DNA of 64,000 nucleotides from Abditibacterium sp. (GTDB lineage: Bacteria > Armatimonadota > Abditibacteriia > Abditibacteriales > Abditibacteriaceae). Shown here piece by piece: positions 52,036-60,822 of this stretch. The position numbers and the translations under genes are program-made. The DNA lies in assembly GCA_965246885.1 (NCBI GenBank), contig OZ251992.1, positions 3,232,001 through 3,296,000 on the forward strand, given 5' to 3'. Every line of letters begins with the position of its first letter. Within the stretch, counting starts at the first letter, position 1. A model generated the notes under the pieces. It had not been told where the DNA came from. It saw only the letters and a program-made list of their open reading frames with translations, and searched no databases.

Positions 52036-52914
52036 ATGACCGCCACCACTCGTCCCGTCGCCGCCCTCAAAAACTACCTCGAACTGGTGAAGTTCTCGCA
52101 CACCGTCTTCGCGCTGCCTTTCGCCCTCGCCTCGATGCTGGTGGCCGCGCACGGCGTTCCGTCGGGGCGCATCTTCGGGTGGATCGTCGTGGCGATGGTG
52201 GGCGCGCGCACGGCGGCGATGGGGTTCAACCGCATCGTTGACCGCGACATAGACGCCCGCAACCCGCGCACCCGCTTGCGCGAACTGCCGTCTGGCAAGG
52301 TCTCGTTGCGCGGCGCGTGGGCTTTGGTGGTGGGCGCATCCCTGCTCTTTTGTTTCGCGGCGTGGCGCATCAACACCCTCGCCGCGCTTCTGGCGCCCCT
52401 CACCCTCGGTGTGCTGTTCTTCTACTCGTTTTGCAAGCGGTTCACGAGCTACTCGCACTTCGTGTTGGGGCTGTGCTTGGGCATTGCCCCGGTCGGCGCG
52501 TGGGTCGCGGTGACGGGACACATCGGCATCCCGTCGGGCGCGCTGTGCGCGGCGGTGCTGTTCTGGGTGGCGGGCTTCGACATCATCTACGCCACGATGG
52601 ACGAGCAGTTCGACCGCGAGAACGGTCTGAACTCCCTTGTGCGCAAACTGGGCATCGCGCCCGCCCTTGGCTTCGCCAAATGGCTGCACGCCGCCTTCGT
52701 CGCCAACTTGGTTCTCTTCGGCGTCCTCGCGCATTTGCCCGCGCTCTTCTTCGTCGCCGTCGCGCTCATTGCCGCGTTCTTGGTTTACGAACACGCCCTC
52801 GTGCGCCCCGACGACCTGCGCCGCGTCAATGCCGCCTTCTTCACCGTCAACGGCGGAATCGCCGTCTTCTTTCTAATGGCGGTTGGGGCGAGCGTTTTCT
52901 TGAACCACAGATGA
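52036..52914 (+). CDS. ubiA: UbiA-like prenyltransferase (MqnP-like)
   Basis: KFSHTVFALPF, AMGFNRIVDR.IDA.NPRT..RE.P.G, YS..KRF, GFDIIYA..D..FD, AFF..NG. Confidence 0.9.
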   Translation: MTATTRPVAALKNYLELVKFSHTVFALPFALASMLVAAHGVPSGRIFGWIVVAMVGARTAAMGFNRIVDRDIDARNPRTRLRELPSGKVSLRGAWALVVGASLLFCFAAWRINTLAALLAPLTLGVLFFYSFCKRFTSYSHFVLGLCLGIAPVGAWVAVTGHIGIPSGALCAAVLFWVAGFDIIYATMDEQFDRENGLNSLVRKLGIAPALGFAKWLHAAFVANLVLFGVLAHLPALFFVAVALIAAFLVYEHALVRPDDLRRVNAAFFTVNGGIAVFFLMAVGASVFLNHR

Positions 52915-52999
52915 ACGCAGATGGCCGCAGATGAAGCGCAGATGTTTTTAGGTGTCTGCGCATGCCCATCTGCGCCCTCATCCGCGTTCATCTGTAGGC
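52903..52999. repeat. Palindromic element built from about 10-bp CGCAGATG units
   Basis: ccacagatgaacgcagatggccgcagatgaagcgcagatg ... catctgcgccctcatccgcgttcatctgtagg; supplies the ubiA stop codon. Confidence 0.8.
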
Positions 53000-53029
53000 T
53001 AAAGGCGTCAACTGTAGTGAGGGGACTTC

Positions 53030-53320
53030 ATGTCGCGCGAGGGCGTGTCCCGCCCCGGCGCCATGCGACGGGGGTTGCCGGGGCGAAGTCAAAAGGTGCA
53101 AAGCGTCTGCTTGCACAAGATGACCCGCTTCGGTTTACTGGAACGCGAAGCGTTCCGCGAAGTGCCTCCCCACGTGGAGTACCCCCTGACGCCGCGCGGC
53201 TTGGAGTTCACCGCGCTGTTGGACGGCATCGAAAGGCTGCAACGCCACATCAACGCATGGAAGAAAGAAAGTGAAATTCGCGCTTGTAAGCCGGATTTTG
53301 TGCGTCTCCAGACGCGATGA
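53030..53320 (+). pseudogene. HxlR-type winged-helix regulator, apparently N-terminally truncated
   Basis: G..RPG.M.R..PG.S.KV...L..M...GLLER..F.EVPP.VEY.LT.RG matches the HxlR C-terminal part; the N-terminal KW helix is missing next to the repeat. Confidence 0.55.
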
Positions 53321-53650
53321 TCATTTCTCTGCTCGCCCCATTGCTGGGGAGATGGTTTCTGCCGTCTCCGACAGAAACAGCGACCAACCCGAACGCTCGG
53401 CGGGCCGCGTCAGCGCGTTCTGCTTGGTCTTGCACCGGACGGAGGTTGCCTTCCACACGCTGTCACCAGCGTGCGGGTGCGCTCTTACCGCACCTTTTCA
53501 CCCTTACAGCCGGAGCTGCGGTTTGTTTCTGTGGCCCTGTTCCTCGCTTGGGTTTGCCCGTCGCGGGTCGCCGTTAGCGACCGTCCTGCCCTGTGGTGTC
53601 CGGACTTTCCTCACCCGCGCAAACGGGCGCGATCATCCAGCGCGAACTTC
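53273..53650 (-). ncRNA. rnpB: RNase P RNA (bacterial type A)
   Basis: GAGGAAAGTCCGG, GCCACAGAAA, GGGTGAAAAGGTGCGGTAAGAGCGCAC, ACAAAATCCGGCTTAC; P1 GAAGTTCGCGC/GCGCGAATTTC. Confidence 0.97.
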
Positions 53651-54099
53651 GCGCTGGAGTGTAACCCTTCCAAGAACGCCTTCGCCGCTTGGTATCTCTC
53701 GATGCGCGCGAGGTCGGCGGCGGTTGGGTTCTTGATGCGGTCGAGGCGCGAGTTGTCCGTCAAATCCGCAATCTTGACGCGGCGCGCAATCGGGTTGGGC
53801 GCCACGCGCTCGATGGCGAGTTGATAATCGCGCTCGCCTTCGGCGTTTTTCGTCAACAGGTCAACGGCCTCTACCACCTCGTCGTGGTAGCCCATGCGCC
53901 GCAACTCTTCGAGCGTGACGCCGCAGTCCTCGACCGTATCGTGGAGGAGCGCCGCCATTTGCTCGGCCTCGGTCGCGTCGGGGCCGAGGTTCTCCATCAC
54001 GCGGATGGGGTGGAAAATATACGGGCGGCCCGCTTTGTCCGTTTGGCCGCGATGCTTTTGGGCGGCGAAGAAGAGGGTGTCTTCAAGCCTGGGTTTCAT
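53611..54099 (-). CDS. HD-domain phosphohydrolase (RelA/SpoT hydrolase-like, stand-alone)
   Basis: H.GQ.DKAG.PYI.HP, ALLHDTVED, VKIADL.DN. Confidence 0.88.
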   Translation of the reverse strand: MKPRLEDTLFFAAQKHRGQTDKAGRPYIFHPIRVMENLGPDATEAEQMAALLHDTVEDCGVTLEELRRMGYHDEVVEAVDLLTKNAEGERDYQLAIERVAPNPIARRVKIADLTDNSRLDRIKNPTAADLARIERYQAAKAFLEGLHSSAKFALDDRARLRG

Positions 54100-54637
54100 C
54101 TTCGAGAGTTTGCAAAGCGCGGCGGAAGACGTGATGCTCCTCACCGCCCCAGAGCGCAAAGGTCACGCGGCGCAGACTGGTTTCGGGGTGGGCGCGCAGA
54201 AATTCGATGGCGCTTCGCAGGGCAATGGGCGCGGCGCGTTCAAGGGGAAAGGCGTACACGCCCGTTGAAATGGAAGGCAAGACAATGCTTTCTAAACCTT
54301 GCCAATCGGCCTCGGCGAGCGCGTTACGAAAAGCGGCGTGTAAATCCGCGTCGCACCCCTGCGCGTTCCCTTCCTTCCAGATGGGGCCAGCGACGTGGAA
54401 AACGAGGCGATGCGAGAGGTTGTGCCCGCCCGTGACGACGACCTGCGCAGTTGCGGCGCCATCGGGAGCGACGCGGCGCAGTTCTTCCATCATCGCGGGG
54501 CCGCCGCGAAAGTGAATGGCGCCGTCTATGCCGCCGCCGCCTGTCATCGCGCGGTTTGCAGCGTTGACGATGGCGTCGGCGGACACGTCCAAAGCGCTGG
54601 CGCGCACGACTTCCAACTCGGTTTGGTTGATTCTCAT
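54083..54637 (-). CDS. Macro-domain protein (O-acetyl-ADP-ribose deacetylase/YmdB-like)
   Basis: DAIVNAAN..M.GGGGIDGAIH, H..GPIW, PSISTGVY.FP; AAGGA SD. Confidence 0.93.
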   Translation of the reverse strand: MRINQTELEVVRASALDVSADAIVNAANRAMTGGGGIDGAIHFRGGPAMMEELRRVAPDGAATAQVVVTGGHNLSHRLVFHVAGPIWKEGNAQGCDADLHAAFRNALAEADWQGLESIVLPSISTGVYAFPLERAAPIALRSAIEFLRAHPETSLRRVTFALWGGEEHHVFRRALQTLEDETQA

Positions 54638-54691
54638 AGTTCCTTGGGCGCAGTGTGAACCATTTGGCACGGTGACGTGTCCAAAGGAGCC

Positions 54692-55138
54692 GTGAAATCC
54701 CAAATCCTCGGCGCGCTCGCGCTCGTTTCTTCCGTTGCCGTTTCTTCTGCCGTCGCGCAGGGCGCTTCGTGCGGCTACTGCCACAAGCCAATCGTCGGTG
54801 CGCCCTACTCTCTCAAGAACGCCAAGCACTCCGAGCAGTTCAAGTGCGCTTATTGCGCCGTCGCCGATGCATCGGGCGCCGATGATTGGAAGGGCGACGT
54901 GACCGTCATCGCTCCGTCCGAGAACGCCAAAAAGTCCGTCACGCTCAAGCGCGTCGGCGGCAAGTGGAAGCAGTTTCCCGCAACCGCAGTTTTCACCGAG
55001 GCTTCGCCCATTCGCCATTCCAAGTGCGGCGAGCAATACCGCGCTTTCACCAACAAGGCCGCCGCGCAAGCCTACATCAAAACCGGCGCGGCGGACAAGG
55101 TCATCTCCCTGGCCGAGTTGGTTGAAAAGGCGAGCTAA
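54692..55138 (+). CDS. Secreted Cys-rich protein, NosL-like
   Basis: AAAGGAG SD before GTG; signal peptide; CGYCH, CAYC, HSKC; C-terminal AF..KAAA.AY......ISLAEL. Confidence 0.7.
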   Translation: MKSQILGALALVSSVAVSSAVAQGASCGYCHKPIVGAPYSLKNAKHSEQFKCAYCAVADASGADDWKGDVTVIAPSENAKKSVTLKRVGGKWKQFPATAVFTEASPIRHSKCGEQYRAFTNKAAAQAYIKTGAADKVISLAELVEKAS

Positions 55139-55152
55139 CGGCCCCGGCGAAC

Positions 55153-55195
55153 GAAAGAATTAGCTCGCTGAAACGCTCAGCGGGCTAATTCTTTC
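55153..55195 (+). terminator. 19-bp hairpin after the Cys-rich gene, possible terminator
   Basis: gaaagaattagctcgctga / tcagcgggctaattctttc with one G-U pair. Confidence 0.55.
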
Positions 55196-55207
55196 ATTCC
55201 CGCACGT

Positions 55208-55436
55208 GCGCCGATGACTCGCGCAACCGCGCCGATGACTCGCGCAACCGCGCCGATGACTCGCGCAACCGCGCCGATGACTCGCGTAGCCGCGCCGATG
55301 ACTCGCGTAGCCGCGCCGATGACTCGCGTAGCCGCGCCGATGACTCGCGTAGCCGCGCCGATGACTCGCGTAGCCGCGCCGATGACTCGCGTAGCCGCGC
55401 CGATGACTCGCGTAGCCGCGCCGATGACTCGCGTAG
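55208..55436. repeat. Near-perfect 21-bp tandem array E (11 units)
   Basis: gcgccgatgactcgcgcaacc x3, then gcgccgatgactcgcgtagcc x7, plus a partial unit. Confidence 0.97.
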
Positions 55437-55483
55437 ACAATCCTTTCGTCTACCGTTGCCCTTAAATCGAAGAGTTAGCCCGT

Positions 55484-58294
55484 TCAGCCGCTCGCCGGGA
55501 CAACGTAAGGGGCCAATTTGCCCGGCGACGACGGGAACAGGCGCTCACCCGTTGTTTGCGGGTTCGGGGCATCGAGCGGGCCGGACGGCGGGGGCAAATT
55601 TGGGATAACGAAGGGCGGCAACGAGGGGCGCGGCGTCGCGGTCGGCGCGGCGGGCAGGTTGGGCGTCGAGGGGAGAGGCAAGCCGCCTGTTCCCCTACGC
55701 GGTGGCAAGGCGCGCGACGGAGCGGGAGTTTTGGCGGGCGTCGGCACAGGCGGCAGGGGAGCGAGGGTGTTGCTCATGCCCGCTTCGAGGGGCATCGAAA
55801 AACCGAGCGTCGAGCGGAGCGCGCTCGTCAGGCGGCCTTCGGGCAGAAAGGTCGCCGTATTGTTCCACCAAGGGAAGTTGCCGCTTTGTGCGCCCCAGTC
55901 GAGGGGGGCGCCTTCGGCGTTGTGCACCAGAAAACCAAAGCGCACTACGCCATCTTTCTGCGCGGCGGCGCGCGGGTTCAGCCCCGGCAAGGCCGCGAGC
56001 GGCAAGCGCGCCTCGTAGGTCGTGGTCGCGCTTTGCTCGTCGCGGGCCACCACACACCGCGCTCCCGGCACCGCCCCGCCCCAACGCACACGGTCGGCAA
56101 CCGAGTTATACGGCTTGTCGCCGCCCCACAAGCGCAACACGCGGCCTTGATAATTCTGCGCATCGGCTTGGCTCCAAGGCGACAGCAAAAAGCCAAAATC
56201 CGCGTCCCGAAACGGCGCCGCTCCCGGCAGCGTTCCCGGCCCCTGACTCAGGCCAAAGCCAAGTTGGATGGCATCGAAGTTGTGCCAAAACTCGTAAGCG
56301 GGCGCTTCGGGATTGCGCGCCGTGAGCGCGTTTTCGTGCACCTGCGCGGCGACGTAGAGGTTGGCGGCGTCCCATTTCCACGCTAATTTCGCGCGAACTC
56401 CCGCCGCGTTGGGGCCTACCGGGAGCCAGTTCGCGCCCGCCCAGTCGTCCAACCGCCCATCTATTTTGGGGGCGTCCGCTTTAACCACGCCTTGCGCCGA
56501 GGCGACCGTCGCGTTCCACTTCCAACCGCCGCGCAACCCGCCGCGCGTCGAGAGTTCAAAAGGGAGTTCCGGCTTTTTCGGGTCGAGCGGGGCCGCGAGC
56601 GCGTGAAATTCGAGGGTGCGCGCTTCGCCTTGCCCAAGCGAAAGATCGAAGCGGTCGCTCGCCAGTTTCCAACCGCGCGGCGCCCGCAGTTGCACCCCAC
56701 CTGCCACCGCGTCCAAACCGATGTTTTGGACGCGCACCCGGATGGTTGCGCTCCCCGGCCCCGTCGTGCGCGGGTCGCGCGACAAGGGCAGCAGTTGCGC
56801 GGCGAGCGTGTCCAACCCCGACACCCGCGCACTTCGCAATGCATAGCTCAGCACTTCCGTCGAAACATCCGACGCGATGTACACGGGTTGCTGCCCCAGT
56901 TCCACGTCCAGCTTGCCGTTCTGCGAGGCCGACAGCGCGTTGCCGTAGGCGTCGAGCACCTGCGCGGGCGCCACGCGCAACGTCATCCGGCACGGCTTGA
57001 GCGGGGCGTATAAGACGGCGACCGAGCCGCGTGGCACGCGAAAGAGGGCGCCTTCAAGCGAGGGCGAGCGCGGAAACAGTTGCTCGCGGAACGCGGCGTC
57101 TTCGAGTGTGCGCGAGAGCATGGTGAACGCCGCCGCGCGCGCCATCGCTTTGGCGCCGCCGCTTACGTCGGACGCGATGGGTTCCGACATCGAGGACGCG
57201 CCCGCCATAATCGCCGAGAGGTAGTCGGCGGTCATTTCGGCGGCCCCACCGCTCGCGTCCGCGCGGCGCAGATGGAAGGAGCTTAGCCCCGCATCGCGCG
57301 CCGCGAGCGCGCGCGACAGCCACAAGCGCCGCAACGCCGCCGGATGCACACTGTCCGTCGAAGCGAGCGGCCAGCTAAACGTCGCCCCATCGAGCGAACC
57401 CGTCCGCAAGCGCGCTCCCTGCGGTGACACCCCCGGCGGAAGCGTCGGCAACGGCCCCAACAGCGCCACATCAGGGCGCCGCGCGCGCACCAACTGCGAC
57501 CACGAATCGAGGTCAGAAGTTTCCAAGTCGCCCTTGAGTTCCCACGTCGAAAGCGCGTTCAAGCGCGCGAGCGTCGAGGGCACTTGGCGCGCCCAGAACG
57601 CGGGCGCGCGGCTCCCGTCGTCGCTCAAATCGAGGAGCGCAATGGAACTGAGATTGCGCCGCAAACGCTCGCCAAGTTGCGCCTCAAGGGCGGGCCAATC
57701 GGGGCGCGTCGGGTCGGCGGGAAGCGGCGAGCGCAACACGCGCGCGCCCAACCGACTGTAAAAGTTGAGGCCGCGCGCATCAAGGGAGGAGGGCGCATCG
57801 AGCACGAAGAACGAGCGGGGCCGCGCGCCGGGCGTCGAATTAACGGGCGGCGCAAGCGTGACGGCAAAGGGGAGGGTCGCCGACACTCCCGGCCCGCGCC
57901 GCCCATACGAGGCCCGCGTTTGCAAGAGGTAGCCGCCGCGTAGTGGCGAATCGAACAGTTCACGCCGCACGATGGTGGCGCCGCTTTCAAGCGAGAACGA
58001 CGCGCGCCGCGACCAGACGACGGCGCCCTGCGCGTCGGAGATTTTCCAGTCGAGCGTGATGTCGCGCGCGTCTTTGGCGCCGTTTTGCAAGCGCGCCGCG
58101 AACAGAATCGGCGTTTGCGAGGCGAGGGTGTCGCGGTCGAAGTAAACGCTTGTCGGCTCCTCGCCGCTCAGTTCCAACCCCGGCGCGTTGGGATCGGGCG
58201 CTCCCGACTGCGCGCGCGCACTTCCCGCGCACGCCCCCAACAGCGCGAGCGTCCAGCCCAATTTCCATAAGTGGTGCGACGAAAGAGAAAGCAT
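55484..58294 (-). CDS. Large secreted protein with CBM9-like sugar-binding domain and Pro-rich tail
   Basis: Signal peptide; PKIDGRLDDW, WDAANLYVA..V, DAIQ, YEARLP CBM9-like motifs; Pro-rich C-terminus. Confidence 0.75.
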   Translation of the reverse strand: MLSLSSHHLWKLGWTLALLGACAGSARAQSGAPDPNAPGLELSGEEPTSVYFDRDTLASQTPILFAARLQNGAKDARDITLDWKISDAQGAVVWSRRASFSLESGATIVRRELFDSPLRGGYLLQTRASYGRRGPGVSATLPFAVTLAPPVNSTPGARPRSFFVLDAPSSLDARGLNFYSRLGARVLRSPLPADPTRPDWPALEAQLGERLRRNLSSIALLDLSDDGSRAPAFWARQVPSTLARLNALSTWELKGDLETSDLDSWSQLVRARRPDVALLGPLPTLPPGVSPQGARLRTGSLDGATFSWPLASTDSVHPAALRRLWLSRALAARDAGLSSFHLRRADASGGAAEMTADYLSAIMAGASSMSEPIASDVSGGAKAMARAAAFTMLSRTLEDAAFREQLFPRSPSLEGALFRVPRGSVAVLYAPLKPCRMTLRVAPAQVLDAYGNALSASQNGKLDVELGQQPVYIASDVSTEVLSYALRSARVSGLDTLAAQLLPLSRDPRTTGPGSATIRVRVQNIGLDAVAGGVQLRAPRGWKLASDRFDLSLGQGEARTLEFHALAAPLDPKKPELPFELSTRGGLRGGWKWNATVASAQGVVKADAPKIDGRLDDWAGANWLPVGPNAAGVRAKLAWKWDAANLYVAAQVHENALTARNPEAPAYEFWHNFDAIQLGFGLSQGPGTLPGAAPFRDADFGFLLSPWSQADAQNYQGRVLRLWGGDKPYNSVADRVRWGGAVPGARCVVARDEQSATTTYEARLPLAALPGLNPRAAAQKDGVVRFGFLVHNAEGAPLDWGAQSGNFPWWNNTATFLPEGRLTSALRSTLGFSMPLEAGMSNTLAPLPPVPTPAKTPAPSRALPPRRGTGGLPLPSTPNLPAAPTATPRPSLPPFVIPNLPPPSGPLDAPNPQTTGERLFPSSPGKLAPYVVPASG

Positions 58295-58366
58295 AATTTG
58301 GAAACGGCGCGCGGCGCCTATGAGAGTTTGAGGGGCGAGAAGAGAATGGGTGGCGCCGCGCGCGCC

Positions 58367-59167
58367 CTACCCCAATTCCCGCGAGCGCTCCGCCGCCGCA
58401 ACGACGGCATCCATGACGGTGCCCCGAAAAGCGCCGCTTTCGAGCGCGTGCAGTCCGGCGATGGTGGTGCCGCCCGGACTGGCAACGCGGTCTTTGAGCG
58501 TGCCGGGGTGCTCGCCGGTTTCGAGCACCATTTTGGCGCTGCCCAAGACGGTTTGGGCCGCGAGTTGCATGGCCACATCGCGCGGCAATCCGGCGCGCAC
58601 GCCGCCATCGGCGAGAGCTTCGATGAACAAAAACACATAAGCCGGGCCGCTTCCCGACAAGCCGGTGACGGCGTCCAGCAACTTCTCGTCGGCTTCGACG
58701 CACAAACCGACTGCCGCGAAGATGGCGCGCGCTTTGGCCACGTGTTCGGCTCCGGCGTGTGCTCCGGCGCAGATGACCGTCGCCGCCGCGCCGACCAAGG
58801 CGGGCGTGTTCGGCATGACGCGCACGACGGGCACGGGCGCGTCAAAGCACGCTTCGAGCCGTTTTGTCGAAACGCCCGCCGCAATGGAAACGAGGGTTTG
58901 CCCCGCCGTTAAAGTGCTGCGGAGCGGGGCAAGGGCGCTTTCGATGACCTGCGGCTTGACGGCCAAAAGCACCACATCCGCTCCTGCGACGGCTTCCTCG
59001 ACTGACCCCGCCGCGCGCGCGCCAAGCGAACCGGCCAAGGCTGCGACGCGGGCGGAGTCCACGTCAAAGAGAACCAAGTCGGACCCGGCATAGGTGCCCG
59101 CAAGGATAAGGCCGCGCGACAGCGCCTCGCCCATCGCGCCCGCCCCGATAAAGGAAAGTTGAGACAT
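58367..59167 (-). CDS. proC: Pyrroline-5-carboxylate reductase
   Basis: FIGAGAMG, AVKPQ, SIAAG, RVMPNTP, SGSGPAY, SPGGTT. Confidence 0.97.
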   Translation of the reverse strand: MSQLSFIGAGAMGEALSRGLILAGTYAGSDLVLFDVDSARVAALAGSLGARAAGSVEEAVAGADVVLLAVKPQVIESALAPLRSTLTAGQTLVSIAAGVSTKRLEACFDAPVPVVRVMPNTPALVGAAATVICAGAHAGAEHVAKARAIFAAVGLCVEADEKLLDAVTGLSGSGPAYVFLFIEALADGGVRAGLPRDVAMQLAAQTVLGSAKMVLETGEHPGTLKDRVASPGGTTIAGLHALESGAFRGTVMDAVVAAAERSRELG

Positions 59168-59173
59168 GATTCA

Positions 59174-59276
59174 AACGCGGAATTCGGAAGCCGGAACGCG
59201 GAAAAAGACGCGCCGCAAACGCTCAATTCGCGTTTCGCCCGTTCTTTTGCGCGTTCCAACTTCCGAATTCCGCGTT
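59174..59276. repeat. Palindromic element of 7-bp NNCGGAA units (27-bp arms)
   Basis: aacgcggaattcggaagccggaacgcg vs cgcgttccaacttccgaattccgcgtt (2 mismatches). Confidence 0.8.
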
Positions 59277-59284
59277 CATAAGTC

Positions 59285-59968
59285 TTAGCGTTCCCACGAG
59301 CGGCGTTCGCTCGCGGACGGCTCGGCTTTGGAAGTCGAGGACAGGGCGCCGTCGTGCGCTTCGTCGCGGAAAAGCGGGTCGCGGTTTTCGCCGAAATCGG
59401 CTTCGTCACTGGTGATCTCGTAGTCTCCCGGCGTAAACAGGAAGATGGTGGCGCCCAATTTCATGGCGTGCCCTTGGTTGTCGAGGCCGTAGCAGACGCC
59501 GCTCATGAAGTCCACGATGCGAAGCGCGGAACCCTTGTCGAGGTCATCAAGGTTGAGGATGACGGCGCAACCGGTCTTGAGGTAGTCGGCGGCCACGCTC
59601 GCTTCGTCCATTGACTTGGGCTTGAGCGTGTAGACGTTCTTTTCGCGCCCGCGAATGGGCATGGCGACAGGGCGAAGCCTGCGGCCCGACGCGGACGCGC
59701 CCGACGATGAGCCGCTTCCAAAGGTCGAATCGGCGCGCGGGGGCGCGGTGTAGGATGGGTAAGGGTCTTCGTCGGAAGGCGCTTCGCCGCGTCGCATGGC
59801 CGAAGGCGAGGAGTAGCGCGAGGGCGCGGCGGGTTCGGGTTCGTCTTCGTGGAGCGAAGCGTGCAGGTCGTTGGAATGGGAAGAAGCCTCTTCGTCTTCG
59901 TCCTCATAGTCCCCACCTTGACCCCACAGGTTACGAAAACCTTGGGCAACGTTGCGAATGGCGCTCAT
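59285..59968 (-). CDS. sepF: Cell division protein SepF
   Basis: P.S..EA...ADYLK.G..VILNL, RIVDFMSG..Y.L, IFLFTP; yggS-sepF-proC synteny. Confidence 0.9.
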   Translation of the reverse strand: MSAIRNVAQGFRNLWGQGGDYEDEDEEASSHSNDLHASLHEDEPEPAAPSRYSSPSAMRRGEAPSDEDPYPSYTAPPRADSTFGSGSSSGASASGRRLRPVAMPIRGREKNVYTLKPKSMDEASVAADYLKTGCAVILNLDDLDKGSALRIVDFMSGVCYGLDNQGHAMKLGATIFLFTPGDYEITSDEADFGENRDPLFRDEAHDGALSSTSKAEPSASERRSWER

Positions 59969-60084
59969 TGTATTGTGTGTTGTGTCTCCGTGTGCGTTGA
60001 AAACTGCGGTTAGTGTGTGATGAACCCCCTTTCCAAAGTGGAGGGAGGTAATGGCAACGTTTCGCAAAAAACGTTGGGTGTAGT

Positions 60085-60762
60085 CTAACTTCTTGCGCCA
60101 AACAATGCAGTGCCAACGCGAACTATGGTCGCGCCTTCCTCGATAGCTACCGCGAAGTCCCGACTCATGCCCATAGATAGAACCGTTAGAGTGGGGTGTT
60201 GCACGCTGAATGTATCCTTTAGGACGCGCAGTTCGCGGTGATAAGGGCGCGACTCTTCCGGGTTTTCCCGGAACGGCGGCAGCGACATCAAGCCTTCCAC
60301 TTGCAAATGCGAGAACCCCGTTAACGCATCCAATAGAGCGCCCAGCGATTCCGGTGCGACGCCCGCTTTGGATGCTTCGCCGCCGACATTCACTTGCACC
60401 AACACGCGTTGCGTCTTGCCGACAACCTGCGCCGCTTTATCCAACTCCTTCGCCAACGAGAGGCGGTCAACGGAATGGATTAAGTCGAAGTGCGCCACCG
60501 CCGCGCGCGCCTTGTTCGACTGAAGCGCGCCGATGAAATGCCACGTCGCGGCCAGCCCGCGCTCCCGAAAAGCCCGCACCTTCTCGACGCCTTCGGAAAT
60601 ATAGTTCTCGCCAAAGTCCGTTAGCCCCGCCCCAAGCGCCGCTTCCAAGCGCGCCGCCTCGACGGTTTTGGAAGCGCCGACGAGCGTGATTTCAGCCGGG
60701 TCGCGCCCGACGCGCGCACACGTGGCAGCGATTTGGGCGCGGATGAGTTCGAGGGGTTGCAT
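60085..60762 (-). CDS. yggS: PLP homeostasis protein YggS
   Basis: ASKT, FGENY, WHFIG.LQSNK, HSVDR, SK.G, LSMGMS.DF..AIEEGAT.VRVGT.LFGAR. Confidence 0.96.
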   Translation of the reverse strand: MQPLELIRAQIAATCARVGRDPAEITLVGASKTVEAARLEAALGAGLTDFGENYISEGVEKVRAFRERGLAATWHFIGALQSNKARAAVAHFDLIHSVDRLSLAKELDKAAQVVGKTQRVLVQVNVGGEASKAGVAPESLGALLDALTGFSHLQVEGLMSLPPFRENPEESRPYHRELRVLKDTFSVQHPTLTVLSMGMSRDFAVAIEEGATIVRVGTALFGARS

Positions 60763-60765
60763 AGA

Positions 60766-60800
60766 AGAAAAACAAAAACGCTCCGATGGCTCGGAGCGTT
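60766..60800 (-). terminator. Intrinsic terminator of rpsT
   Basis: aacgctccga-gcca-tcggagcgtt followed by a U-rich tract on the minus strand. Confidence 0.8.
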
Positions 60801-60822
60801 GGACGGTTGAAGTGCGCGCAAC

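Noticed and set aside
55208..55436. Possible CRISPR array (also arrays B and D)
   Set aside because: Units are contiguous 21-mers with no unique spacers of CRISPR length, and no cas genes are in the window
59969..60084. Possible riboswitch or leader RNA upstream of sepF
   Set aside because: Only two short hairpins and a CA-rich tract; no recognisable family motif
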